Shown here: one piece after another, positions 52,081 to 64,000 of the stretch
Layout of the letters: each line of letters begins with the position of its first letter
Numbering within the stretch: the stretch's first letter is position 1
Assembly (NCBI RefSeq): GCF_006345805.1
Contig: NC_043002.1
Span: 118,110,001 to 118,174,000 of the forward strand
Origin: Octopus sinensis
Lineage: Eukaryota
Direction: 5' to 3'
Length of the DNA: 64,000 nt
Translations under genes and position numbers: made by a program
The notes under the pieces: generated by a model
Seen by the model: only the letters and a program-made list of their open reading frames with translations
What the model was told of the DNA's origin: nothing
Database searches by the model: none

Positions 52081-52907
52081 CAGGATGCGATTGGTAAATT
52101 GTCACTATTTTATATTTTTAGTTTTGTCAACTACACAGTACAGTAGGGTCAGTTGGGCACCATGTGTGAGAGAAACAGCACCTTGATGTAATTCACTGTG
52201 CCAGAAATTTGGAAACAACAAGTTGTATTGCTTGGCATTCACACTGGAAGCTCTAATACGAACATTTCAGAGTGTTTGGGGGGTCAATCTAAGGACAGTA
52301 CAATCAGAGGACATACGCTGAGAGTAATAAAAATCAAACATCTAGACATCATGGTGTTTGGAGTGATCACTAGTGATGGGGACGTTATGCCTCCATTCAT
52401 CTTCCCATATGCTGTCAGACTCAACATGGTGGCCTACATCAAGTGCCTGGAGGAAGTAGTGCTTCCCTGGGTCAAGAGGGTGGCTGCTGGAAGACTGCCA
52501 CAAAAGCAAGAGAACCCAGTCGTGGCTGTCAGACAGTTTCTGCAACCACATCACCCCTAACATCTGACACCTAACTCCCCAGACTGCAATCCCTTGATTA
52601 TTATGTGTGGGGCACAGCTGAGCAAGAGACCAACAAAACTTCTTGTAACCCCAAAGATGAACTGAAGACAAGGATTATGGCAGCATTCAGCTATTTAAAC
52701 AAGGAGACCATCCACAAGAGTTGCAGGAGAATCCGAAGTTGTTAGGAGGCTGTGGTTGAAGACAATGACAATTTTATTGAATAAATTTACTCTTTAGTAT
52801 TTCAAGATATTTTTATGTAATTTTGGTTGATATATCTGTTAAAATGAGATGTTGGTGTTATTTTCAGTTTTGCATAATTTAGGCATCAGTTTATTCACTG
52901 CACCCTG
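52081..52907 (+). mobile_element. Internally deleted Tc1/mariner (maT/DD37D-like) element
   Basis: ta|cagg...caccctg|ta ends. IMVFGVITSDGDVMPPFIFP..YIKCLEEVVLPWVK and PNSPDCNP.DYYVWG pieces. Confidence 0.82.
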
Positions 52908-53453
52908 TATATATTGAATCACATTCCTCTCTCTCTCTCTATATATATATATATCTTGAAAGTGCATGGTTTAGCTCTTAAGGTATTCAGCTCACAATTG
53001 TAAGGTCATGAGTTCGATTCTCAGCAGTGCATTGTGTTCTTGAGCAAGACACTTTGTTTTATGTTGCTCCAGTCCAATCGGCTTGCAAAAATGAGTTGTA
53101 CCCGTAATACAAAGGGCCAGCAATGTTACATTGAATCTCTCTGAGAACTACGTTAAGAATACATGTGTTTGCGAAGTACTCAGCCACTTGCACATTAATT
53201 TCACAAGCAGGCTGTTCCTTGTCTTCGCAACTGATGGAGTGCTACTCACATACGAATAAATGCAAGAAGAGACGCAATCTAAATTTAGCATTATTATATA
53301 ACTTGTCCAAGCATTAAGTATTGGCTTCTCTGCTAGAAAAACAAAGATTAACAGTACAGATTTTTTTTATTGACAACTTGAGACTAATTAGCAGTTTCAT
53401 AACTCTATTCTCAGAGCTTTTTTTTCTTATTTGGATTTATAATCAGCACATAC

Positions 53454-53594
53454 CTCTTCTTTACTTAAGTTATCAATTTCATCTGCTAGTGAAATGGCTC
53501 CATTATACTTAAGTAGTCGTCGACCTTCCTCCATACAACGATTTAATAACTGAACATTTAAGTCATCATTAGAATCCCGAAGAGTACGATTCTC
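53454..53594 (-). CDS. RAB11FIP4: Penultimate coding exon of the Rab11-FIP3/4-like gene (coiled coil)
   Basis: ttcttttttag|GAG...GAAGAG|gtatgt, 141 nt, phase 0-0. Encodes ENRTLRDSNDDLNVQLLNRCMEEGRRLLKYNGAISLADEIDNLSKEE, aligning to FIP4 ENYKLRDQNDDLNGQIL...SLAAEIDTASRDE. Splices in frame to 51536. Confidence 0.92.
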
Positions 53595-54639
53595 CTAAAA
53601 AAGAATGGAAAAGCATTAAAGAAACTTTGTTACACTTGAAGATCTGAAAAACATATGAAATATAAAACTCTACATCAAACTTGATCCTATTATTTAATGT
53701 TTTTGCAACAGACACTCTCACTGTACAGCTTTGTCCACATGCATTTTTTTTTTTTTTTTTTTTTGCTTTCAGAGCTTCAAATGAAGACCAGTTTTCTTTA
53801 AAAGACAATTTGTAATTTTGACAATACTAATTCACTCAAACATAACATAAAATATTTAGTTACTAAAGATTTACATTGCATAATTTGAAAATCAAATATT
53901 TCTTTTTCTAATTAATAATTATGTACAAGTATGCAGTCTGTGAATGTTCCCAATTAGCAATACATAATTAGACAAACCAGCAAAATGAACATGCCATGCA
54001 TTAAAACTGATTGACAGAACAACTAAATTGGGGTTAAAACGTGCAGATGGCAATGGTCTGGAACCTGCTCCAAGACTGTAAGTGGTTACCACTTAAGAAA
54101 AGGATGGAAAAAACAATCAAATTCTGTTTGGATGAAGAGATGATTGCAGGATTTGAGATGAAATAGGGGAGAAGGAGGAGGAGCAAAGAGGGAGGAAGAA
54201 ACAAAAGAAAAGGGTAAAAAGGTCAGAACTGGAAATTGATAACAAAAAATAAAGTATTGTAAAAGCTCTATTTTTTAAAAACTTTTGATGGTACACAAAC
54301 AGAAGAAAATTAGAAAAAATATTTATGTAACTCTGGGAAATACAAGGCATGTTAGAAACCAACAAGTTGCTGAATTACAGACAATTCCTTGATATATAAA
54401 GAGGGAAAAAAAATCGAGATTATTATACTTCTTTTTCCTTACTTACAAAGCTGTTATGAAACACTTGTTGTTTGACCCCAAGTCAACCCTTTCTAATGAC
54501 TTCATTTTTAAGACGGTTAAGTTTGATTTCAGAGAGATTTGGTAGCTATGTTTAGCAGCTCAAGTGACCACATAGAGGCTCCTTCATTGGTTCAACAATA
54601 CTAGACTGTTTATAGAGATATGTATAAAAGCTAATTTTA

Positions 54640-55330
54640 CCTCGCAAACTGTTGAAAGGATTCCAAAATCAAATCCCGGAAAAGCATCTCCATTTTGTTC
54701 CATCCTCACATTCCCATCACTGTCTGAAACTCATCTTTTCCATCATATTTAACCATGTATTTCTCGTTATTTCCGCCACATTTTTTCACATTTATTTTCA
54801 TCACTCCTTGACTCAGTTACTTTCATCCCTTCTCAGCATCACCTGACTCGGACATTTCAGTCTCTAATGTCAATCACAGATCGATCTCATTTCTCTTGCT
54901 TCATTGTCTTCATCTCTCTCAGCAAAACTCTACTCATCCACCAAACAATTCACTTTGTTTTCTAGGATTCTATGCTGCTCTAAGTTCATTACTCATGCCT
55001 ATCTCCTGTAAGTCACAGTACTTCCCACATGCAGCACACTCCTTCCCCGCCTCATCATCAAGCTCAATCTATCTTCTCCTAGGTAACAAAATGCTTTCAC
55101 ACCTTCCATCTTCACACCATTTCCTAGATCTGGCATTTCCTCTATCTGCAGCTCCCTCAATACACACCTTACATTTAACAGTAGCTGCTATCTTGGATAA
55201 TAATCCTCTATCATCACTACACTTTTGATACACCCACCCAGTGGGTCCAAAACATTTCCTGCAAACTGCACATACCACTTCCCTATTCTCTCTCCCTCAC
55301 CACATGCTACCACCTTTGTCATTCCAGAGA
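54640..55330 (-). pseudogene. Old divergent RTE-like remnant
   Basis: VCAVCRKCFG...WVYQKCS..VKCKVC is a degraded form of the RTE Cys-rich insert. Confidence 0.5.
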
Positions 55331-57089
55331 CATTCATCTTCATACCTTTCACTTCATTAAATTCTTCTCATATGTTCATCTTTTCCTTCAATCCATTCAT
55401 ACTCTCTTGTTATTAACACCAGATCATCTGCATACAGCAACCCACAGGGTAAACCCTCCTTTACACTTTGAATCAGTACTTCCATCATGATTACAAATAA
55501 TTCCCAGGACTATTCTAATCAACTATTTCTGCTGTTGTTTATAGCTGGTTTATGAGAGTATATATAAAATTTTATCAATAGTTATGCAAAATTAGGGAAC
55601 CTCTCTAGGTCAAGCAGCTGCTCCATTGCATTGAGAGGTCACAACTCTGATACTATGGACATGTGATGAGAATGTTGCAGGAAAGAGTTGCAAGATAAAT
55701 CCAAGCCAAGCTAGCTTGCAGGAGACCCAAAGGTAGACCAAGGACAATAAGGTTGGATAATATCCATAGTGTTAGTTGGTCATGCTTGGGAATCCAGCCA
55801 GAAAGTGTAATGATAGTTGCTTCTGATAGGATCCTATAGAGGAGATGCCTGAGGGCTCTATTTCCATGACCCACCCAGGAATAGTGAGAAGAGAAGATGA
55901 ATGGACAGACAGTCTCACAATTGAACCATGGAAAAGAACAGAAAAATAATGTAAGATGAACAAAAAAAAAAAAAAGAAGGGTAGAGAAAACTTCTCCTCC
56001 CTATCTCAATTGGTATTTCATAAAGCCAGGAAGTCAGAGATTTAAAATTGACCCAAGTACTATTTTAACTTGGGATACAGAAGGAGAAAAAAATCTTTTA
56101 GGCATTTAGACCAGTAAAAGATATTGAAGATGGTAGAGACATCTGGTTCAGAGTTGCAACATGTGACTCAACAAAGCTTGCATGGTTGTGACGGAGTTTT
56201 GTTGCCTACATCTGCCTTGGGCAGCTCTAGTGTCACAGTGGAAAGGGCTGAAAATACTACAGAGCTGTTTCACTGTCTAGTGGGACACTGACTCCTGCAT
56301 TTGGAGATGGAGTACATCAGCAGCCTCAGTACATAAGCGATTATCTTAAATGTTTTCTATTTTGTAGTAAAAGAATGTACGTTGACATACAAAACTGAAT
56401 CCAACCCCACCACCAATCATTAGTAAAGCAACAAAACATTAAAAGAAAAAAAAACGGGTGGGTCTCATTTACTATTTCTAATTTTTTTGTATATATTTCA
56501 TATATTTATACTTGTATTATATTTAGAACATAGTATTAAAGTTGAGCCACTGAGAGAATCTTTACAGGGGTGCTTAACCTGTTAAAAATAGCAGCTATAT
56601 TTCCTTTAAACTACACTTTGCAGGCATGACTAGAGACACAAGCATAGCAGCATAATTACAAAGTTCCAGGTTTGGTCACACAGAGTGACACATTGAACAA
56701 TTGTCTTTTATTATAGCCTTGAGCTGACCAATGGTTTGCGAGAGAAATTGGTCAAAAGGAAGCTTACCGTGTGTGTGAATTGTTACCAGTGTCCTCATTA
56801 ACAACACATAAAAATGGGTATAAAAATGGTGATGTATACATTGGACAATATAGAAGCTGATATAAAAAGAGTCAGGTTGGTCATGGCTGGTATTGTTTGG
56901 ATGATCAGTGTTGATCAAGAACTAAACAACAGCCATATCTGTGTTGCTATTGTCACAAACAGAATTATTTTCTCTAGGATTAATAAAATATTAACAATAA
57001 TATTCTGTTGTTAGTTCAGTCAGCCATGACACTTTCTAACAAAACTTGGAGTTACATCTAAGAGAGAGACTTATCATTGTGGGCTTTTT

Positions 57090-57980
57090 TCCATCTTCAC
57101 ATTCTGAGTTCAAATTCTAAGATCGACTTTGTGTTTCATCTTTTTGGAGTTGATGAAATAAGTACCAGTCAAGCACTGAGGTTGATGTACTCAACTAGCC
57201 TCCTCCCACCAGATTTCAGGCCTTGTGCCTATACTAAAAAGAATTATTATTATTAGGCGGAGTCATCAGAGCATGAGACAAAATGCCTAGTGGTATTTGT
57301 TCTGACTTATTACATTCTGAGTTCAAATTCTGCTGGGGTCAACTTTCCCTTTCATCTTTCTGCAATTGATCAAATAAAGGGCTGAGGTTTATCTTGCCAA
57401 TTAACTTCCTTCTCAGAATTACAGGCTTTGTGTCAAAAGTTTGAAACCAGGGCTACTGTTATTAAGGTGGAGAGCTGGCAGAATTGTTAGACAAAATGCT
57501 TAGTGGTATTTCTTCTGCCTTTATGTTCTGAGATCAAATTTCACCGTGATCAGTTTTGTCTTTCATTCTTTTGAGGTCGATAAAATAAGTAACCAGTCAA
57601 GTCCTTAAGGTCAAATGTAATCAACAGACCCCCTTCCCCTAAAATTGTTGGCCATGAGTCAGAATTTGAAACTATTAATGATATTCTTCTTTTGGGATCA
57701 ACAAAATAAGTACTGGTGTCATGGCAACTGACTTGCCTCATCCCTCAAAGTTGCTGGCCTTGTATTATTATTATCATCATCATCATCATCATTATTAAGA
57801 TGACAAACTGGTAGAACAGGTAAAGCATTGGACAAAATGCTGAGTAGCATTCCTTCTCACTTTTTATATTCTGAGTTCAAACACTGCTGAGGTCAATGTT
57901 ACCTTTCATTCATTTGAAGTCAATAAAATACTTTCCCCCTCCCCTCAAAATAACTGGCTTTGAGCCAAAATTAAAAAGAT
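57090..57980 (+). mobile_element. Cluster of about 4 head-to-tail family B SINEs
   Basis: The core ttctgagttcaaa...gtcaactttg..tttcatc recurs near 57100, 57315, 57530 and 57870, separated by ttattatt tails. Confidence 0.82.
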
Positions 57981-60746
57981 TTATTTATTTATGAAATCCG
58001 TATTGTTTACAGATTTCAATTAGCTAGAGAGCCAATTTAAAGTAGATTTAATTAACACCAGTGTATAACTGGTATTATTTTTATTAACCCCAAAGTATGG
58101 AAAGGCTGAGTGACTCAGTCTAGTTTCAACTCAACAGTAAAGTGTTCTGTCAGATACTATCTTAGGCTTCCCATCTCAGTTCAATATGGTTAAATTTAAG
58201 ACTCATCATTCAGATATTTTAAACCTGTATGAGGTGTTTTCAAGTAAAACATTCCCTGAAATGCTTAGCAGTAACTTATAGGCTTAGCATGCCATATATG
58301 TTGTTGGTTATAACTATAACTAATCAGGTTGATCTGATTAAGCAGCTTGTGATCAAGAACTCAAAGGTATGCCAAAACAAGACCATCTTGTCTTATCTAG
58401 GAGTGTTTTAGGACTACAGTGTGTAATGAGTACCTTAAGTTAGTAGGGTGTAATTTCAAGGAGATTTGGTTGAATAACCATATATAGGCTCCCTCATTGT
58501 CTTGTTAGTCTGGCATTTTGCTGCACACCATCCTATGACACTGGTCATCCTATAAGGCTTATTAATGTGGCTGCCATTTAAACTTTTTGGATTTGTTTTA
58601 TCCATTTTGTGACTGTTTTCAATTTTATGAAACAGTATCCACAATAAAAAAGCAAGGCAACTCAGCAAATGCAGAGTGATTCAAATAATCAAAATTCAGA
58701 ATCTGAGTTTAGTTTAACTTTCAATGCTGGAAGTTATTTTGATGAGTTTTGGTCTAAATACTGTAACAAAGATATTTTTTTGAAAGTAGTTAGGTGCTTG
58801 GTCATATTAAAATACATGCAAGGGTTATAACAAACTTGTGCTCACCACATGTCTAAATAACATTTTAATTTACACAGTTTTGATTTGGTGTAGGTGGGTC
58901 ATGGAGTGTGCAATGCACAGACAGTAATAACATGGATCATTCTGTTTTAGTTTAATTTGCTGTATTTTCTTTATTCTAAGAGAAATAAGTTGCAGGGGAA
59001 GAAGATGTCTGTTTTAATGAGTTCATTAAAGTTACGGAAAATAAATCAGGACTTAATAGGACTTGGATCATTTTGTAAAGCAGGAATAATGCTACTGGGG
59101 ATATGAATTTAGTTATTTGCTAAAGCAAAATGTGAATATAATGAGAGGTATTTTAATAATGACAATATTCTTGCAGACAGCCAGAAAGGTGGTAAAGCAC
59201 TTAAGTGTATGTAGGGAAGTGAAGGGTGACTAGAAAAATGAACAACAACAAAAGCATGCAAAAGGATTGTCACGAAACAAAATACAAGCTCAAACATGCA
59301 ACAGTAGAAAAGCAGATGTAGCATTCACAAAATTGTTGGTTTCAAACATGCAAAAATTGAAATAAAATAAATAAAACTAATAAAATATTTTTTCTAAATT
59401 AGATGTTAAGATGCCTTACCTTATAAAAAAAAGTTAAAAAAAACAACTTCTAGAGTAAGGTATGAATTAATGCACTAGGAGTTCAATATTTGTTATATTC
59501 AATCCTCACATCTCACTCATTAATGTAATGAGTACTCACAGGAATACTTATCGAATTGAAATTAGATTAATACAGATATAGTTTCTATCAAATAAATTCC
59601 ACTAACAAAGTTTTGGTGAATCCAAGGTTATAATGGAAGAAACTTATTCAAGGTGTCACATAAGGGGCATTGAATTTGAAACTGTAGAGTTGTAAGCAAG
59701 TCAATCTAAAGCAAAATTAATTTCCATAAGAAATTGAACTCCTAATATATTAATTCAACTTAGCCTGCTACTCTAACACTAAACTATCATCTTATGATAC
59801 CAAGAAGATTATAACAGCATGTAAAATAACAGCATGTTAATGAAGTGTTCTTATATGGAAAAAATATGGTTAAATTTAGTTTCAACAGTTTATTTAAATG
59901 AAACCATATTCTTCAATGTTTTAATCAGATTCTATCTTATAATGAATCGTATTTCACTGTCATAATAAGTGCTATCTTTTGTATAGTGTAAGAAATACTT
60001 TGTGCTCACTACACTAGTATTGGTTCTATCCCCATTATTAACTAAAATGCTTAGGAGATCTAATCACATCTTATCTTTAATCTTGGTTTAATGAAGTTGT
60101 TATAATATAATGAAATACTAAGTAACAAAATCTTTTCAATTTCACTACATGTTAAAAGTGAAATGAAATTGAAAATGTAAAAAACATTTTTTCGTACAAA
60201 TTCTATCTTATTATCAGGCACCAGTTTTTATAAAATTGGTTAAACTACTCTTACCTTTCTAGAAATTACATTTTACTATTAAACCCTTTTGAAGTCATAA
60301 CGACTCGGTGTGAAACCTTGTGTTGAAATTGAAACAATTACATTGCGGCGGAGACATTTTAACCATCTAAGATTACAATGCCCACCAATGTATTTATTTT
60401 CCATTTATTTCTTGATAGTACTGTTTATTATTATGAAATGTGAGAAAGTTTTTTGTGCCTTGGGACCTGTCACTGATGCACTTCCATTATACAAGGACAC
60501 TTTATCAGTGATAATGTTCCAGAAGAGTACAAAAACATTTTGGCAGCACTATTTAGAAATAAATGGAAAGTGAATTATACAGGAGTGGCGTTGTACTTTT
60601 GGATGGCTAAAAGGCAAGATATAATTTAATTCCTTTGCAATCTATCAGACTAAAGTTTAATATTTATACAAAACCAACAATCATGAGTGTGCCCAATCCA
60701 TTATGCTGATGTTTGGTGCCATTCAGATAAAATTAGGATTACTAAC

Positions 60747-60758
60747 CTGCCGTAAAAC
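60747..60758 (-). CDS. Candidate 12-nt microexon (VLRQ) of the Rab11-FIP gene
   Basis: tttactttgcttcaaag|GTTTTACGGCAG|gttagt, phase 0-0. VLRQ|ENRTL mirrors FIP4 RLKQ|ENYKL. Confidence 0.5.
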
Positions 60759-60845
60759 CTTTGAAGCAAAGTAAATATAAACAATTATTTTAAACAGAAA
60801 TTGTAATTACTTAGAATAAAACAGAAATTAACAAAAATAACAAAC

Positions 60846-60851
60846 CTGTAC
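60846..60851 (-). CDS. Candidate 6-nt microexon (VQ)
   Basis: tttgtttag|GTACAG|gtttgt, separated by an 87-nt intron from the 12-nt candidate. VQ+VLRQ aligns to VKRLKQ. Confidence 0.25.
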
Positions 60852-61774
60852 CTAAACAAATTCATATTGACTATGTATGTATATTGATATATATTGTGTA
60901 TATGTGTATGCATATATATATATTGTGGTTCTTTGAAAATACAATATTATTCCTGTTATTTCAATGAATATGTAGAATAAGAAGACAAATGTCACAATAA
61001 ACATTTGTGTTATTCTAAATTCAGTTTGCCTTTTTTAATAATTTTCTTTATATTTAAGGCTGTTATGCAAATTATATATAAAATAAGTAGACCTTTTGCT
61101 ACAATTGTTTCATAATGCCAACCATAGCTGTATAAAGGATATTTTGATACAAGAAAATTCAATTCTTTTTACACTTCACATGTATAGGTTAGATCATCAA
61201 ACTGAGGCAATATATGTTATGGGAGCATATGGGTGTTTCCTCACAGCATGAAACACGATTGAAAACTGGTTAAGGATACATTTTCTAACATAGACAGGCT
61301 TATGCAATGCCTGCAATATTTAAGTCCACTGCATCTTACCTTCCAAGATTACAACTAACTTCTTTACTCCAAAATATATTGGATCTAAGTCTGCTTTTCT
61401 TTTTATCATTATAAACACTTATCAAACAAAACCTAACAAATTCCAGCTCACATAGTAATATCAGTAGTTTTACAACCCATCTGCTTTGGAGCTAACATTT
61501 CTCAACTTTCTCTGGTGTAATGCTGTTTTTAAAATCTCAACTCTCTTAATCAGATTCTACACTATAACAAGTAACGTTTTATTGACATATAATACTTATC
61601 TTTCGTTTGGTGCAAAAAAGAGTTTGTGTCCACTACACTGGTATTCATTGTAACCCCAACATTAATTAAAATACTTAATTCGTCTATTCATGTTTGTCCC
61701 TTTTAATCCTAATCCTAACTTTGAAGAAATCTTTGTAATGTTTAAAACATGACTATAACTCAGTGACTGTCATA

Positions 61775-62000
61775 CTCCCACAGAATACTCATTCAACACA
61801 ATACTCTCATAGAACTCTCATTGACAACAATGCTCCTACAAAACACTGATTATAATGCTCTTACAACAATACTTACTCCTATAAAACATTCGTTCAACAC
61901 AATGATTTTTATAAAACATGCACTTAGTATGACACACCTATAGACCACTCATTTACTACAATACTCCTTAGTACATCCACTAAAAACAACAACCTATCAG
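61775..62000. repeat. Degenerate ~30-bp minisatellite
   Basis: Recurrent caatactc(c)..a(t)aaaacactcatt(c)aaca motif. Confidence 0.55.
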
Positions 62001-64000
62001 TCCTAAAACATTTCATGTTATGAGAATCCAGAAAATATGATATCAATATAACAGTTATTAGAGGAGAGAATCACCATTTTAAGTAGAAGTCAAAAAATAA
62101 CTAAGTTGCTACTGTAAATGGTTTGACATTTTTTTCTTTTTTATACTTAAACCAATTTACAAATATTTTCTCACACTATTAATGGTTGAATATGTTTACC
62201 TAAAGTTTTTTATTGTTAAGTAAACTTATTGGACAAGTAAAAAAAATTTTTTTTTTTACTAAGTAAAACAAATCATATATAAATTTGAATACTTTTGTCC
62301 ATATTTCTATGTTATGGTCATGAAGTTAAGCATCTTAACCCTGCAACTATTGCATATTTCAACCTATATATATCATCATAGCAAATACAGTGAATGACAG
62401 AGCATGCAATTGAAAAGAAAACGAAATGCAACAAAGACAAAGGGACTGAAACATAACAGAGATAAGTGGTAAAACAAAAACGATAAAATATTGAAGATGA
62501 TGTTAATGGAATGCAAATGAAACAGCTTAAATTTTTCAACATAAAAGAGTTGTTATTTATTTATAAGTTAATGAATGACAATGCTGTGTATATAGACATA
62601 TGTATGAATGTGCATATGTGTGTACAGGTATGCATATATTTGTGCGAACAATGTGTACACAATATGTCTAGTTTGAAAACAGAAATTAAGAAATAGTTGT
62701 GTTATTTCTCTATTCCATTAAAACACAATTATATTTACACATCATCATTTAACATCTGACTTCCAAGCTGGCAAGAGTAGGACAATGTGACAAGATCTGA
62801 TGAACCAGCAGACTGTGTCATACTCAAACATTTGCTTTTGTATGGTTTCTTTAGCTGGATGCCCTTCTTAATAACCACTTCTTAGAGTGTACCAAGTGCT
62901 TTCATTTTTTACATGATGCTAGCACTGAAAATCACCTCATATCTTGCAAGGTTAAAAGCCTAAAGTGAATCTATAACTGAAGGAAAATAAAGGAGAGTGG
63001 GCAATGGTCCTAGGCAAGGGGATGGAGGATGATGAAAGATGATGAAAGGAACAGATTTATAGTTATTCTCAATTACAATTATTGTGGTAAAATAAAACTG
63101 AAATACAAAAAATAAATAAAAGAAATATCAAATTTTCAAATATTAAAGAAATTTCTTTTTTGTTGTATGAATGTTTACCTTTTAGTATATGTAGAAATAT
63201 ACAAAAGATTAAAAATTAGGAAAGTAAAGGAACTCTCATAAGTGTTCTATAAATCTTAACTTCATCATCGCTTTCCTAAAAATATGCTATAATTTATTGC
63301 ACATTTACAAAAACACAGCTTATTTAAATTGACTTTTGTTTGTCACTGTTCTACAATCAACATTTTGGGGGAGGGCTAGTCAATTAAATCAACCCCATTA
63401 TGCAACTGGTACTTATTTTATCAACCCTGAAAGAGTGAAAGGCAAAGTTGACCTCGGCAGAATTTGAACTCAAAATGTAAGGACAGATGAAACTGCTAAG
63501 CATTTTGCCTGATGTGCTAATGATTCTACCAGCTTGCCTGGTAACAAAAGTGGACTTGGACAACATAACATCTATGTCTGCTGACATAGACAGGTTTCAA
63601 ATCCAGATTTAGAATTTTAGAAAATTATCTAAAATTTTTTTGTTATAAAAATTATTAAAAGAAATCTAATTGAAAATCTTAAAACAATATTTCACTTATT
63701 TCATTACTTAAAAATGCAAATTCACATGAAACATTAAACAAAAAGTTGATTTTTCTCCCTCAATTTAATCATGTTTGTGTTGTATTTTGCATACATAAAA
63801 AGAAGAAACAAATTTCCATAAAATTCCTCTTACTTGTCAACTTATTTAAATATGAAGTAAAAATTAAAAATTTTAATAATATTGGTTCTGTGAAAATATT
63901 TAAGATAATGATCAAGCAATAACAGTCAAGAAATGAAAAACAATACATTCTCTTTCTGGCCATGCATTAAATACTGTCATGGTTTCTGAATATATTTAGG

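Noticed and set aside
60310-60660. Coding-looking stretch (…GHFISDNVPEEYKNILAALFRNKWKV…)
   Set aside because: No recognisable motif, stops nearby and no splice structure.
61330-61400. Strong minus-strand donor (ggaag|gtaaga)
   Set aside because: No pyrimidine-rich acceptor, and the translation does not resemble Rab11-FIP.

Overview
Eukaryotic, very AT-rich, repeat-dense DNA. The SINE and microsatellite content looks like an octopus/cephalopod genome (inference). The only host gene I can support is the 3' end of a Rab11 family-interacting protein (FIP3/FIP4/nuf class) on the minus strand: exons 53454-53594 and 51420-51536, plus two candidate microexons near 60.75-60.85 kb. The rest is a transposon landscape: RTE LINEs, a Naiad-type Penelope-like element (RT + GIY-YIG), mariner/Tc1 elements, Helitron, hAT and CR1 fossils, three SINE families and many microsatellites. 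The main result is a set of about ten hammerhead ribozyme (HHR) motifs at eight loci, with largely dissimilar flanking sequence, read by eye on both strands. Most sit in short elements next to (TA)n tracts. They include intact cores at 33530-33618 (+) and 43914-43994 (-), a 500-bp retrozyme-like monomer with 113-bp terminal redundancy (44197-44810), head-to-head fold-back HHR pairs, and a pair carrying a G3:C8 compensated catalytic core (25782-25903). All repeat boundaries were estimated by eye, and ribozyme activity is untested.
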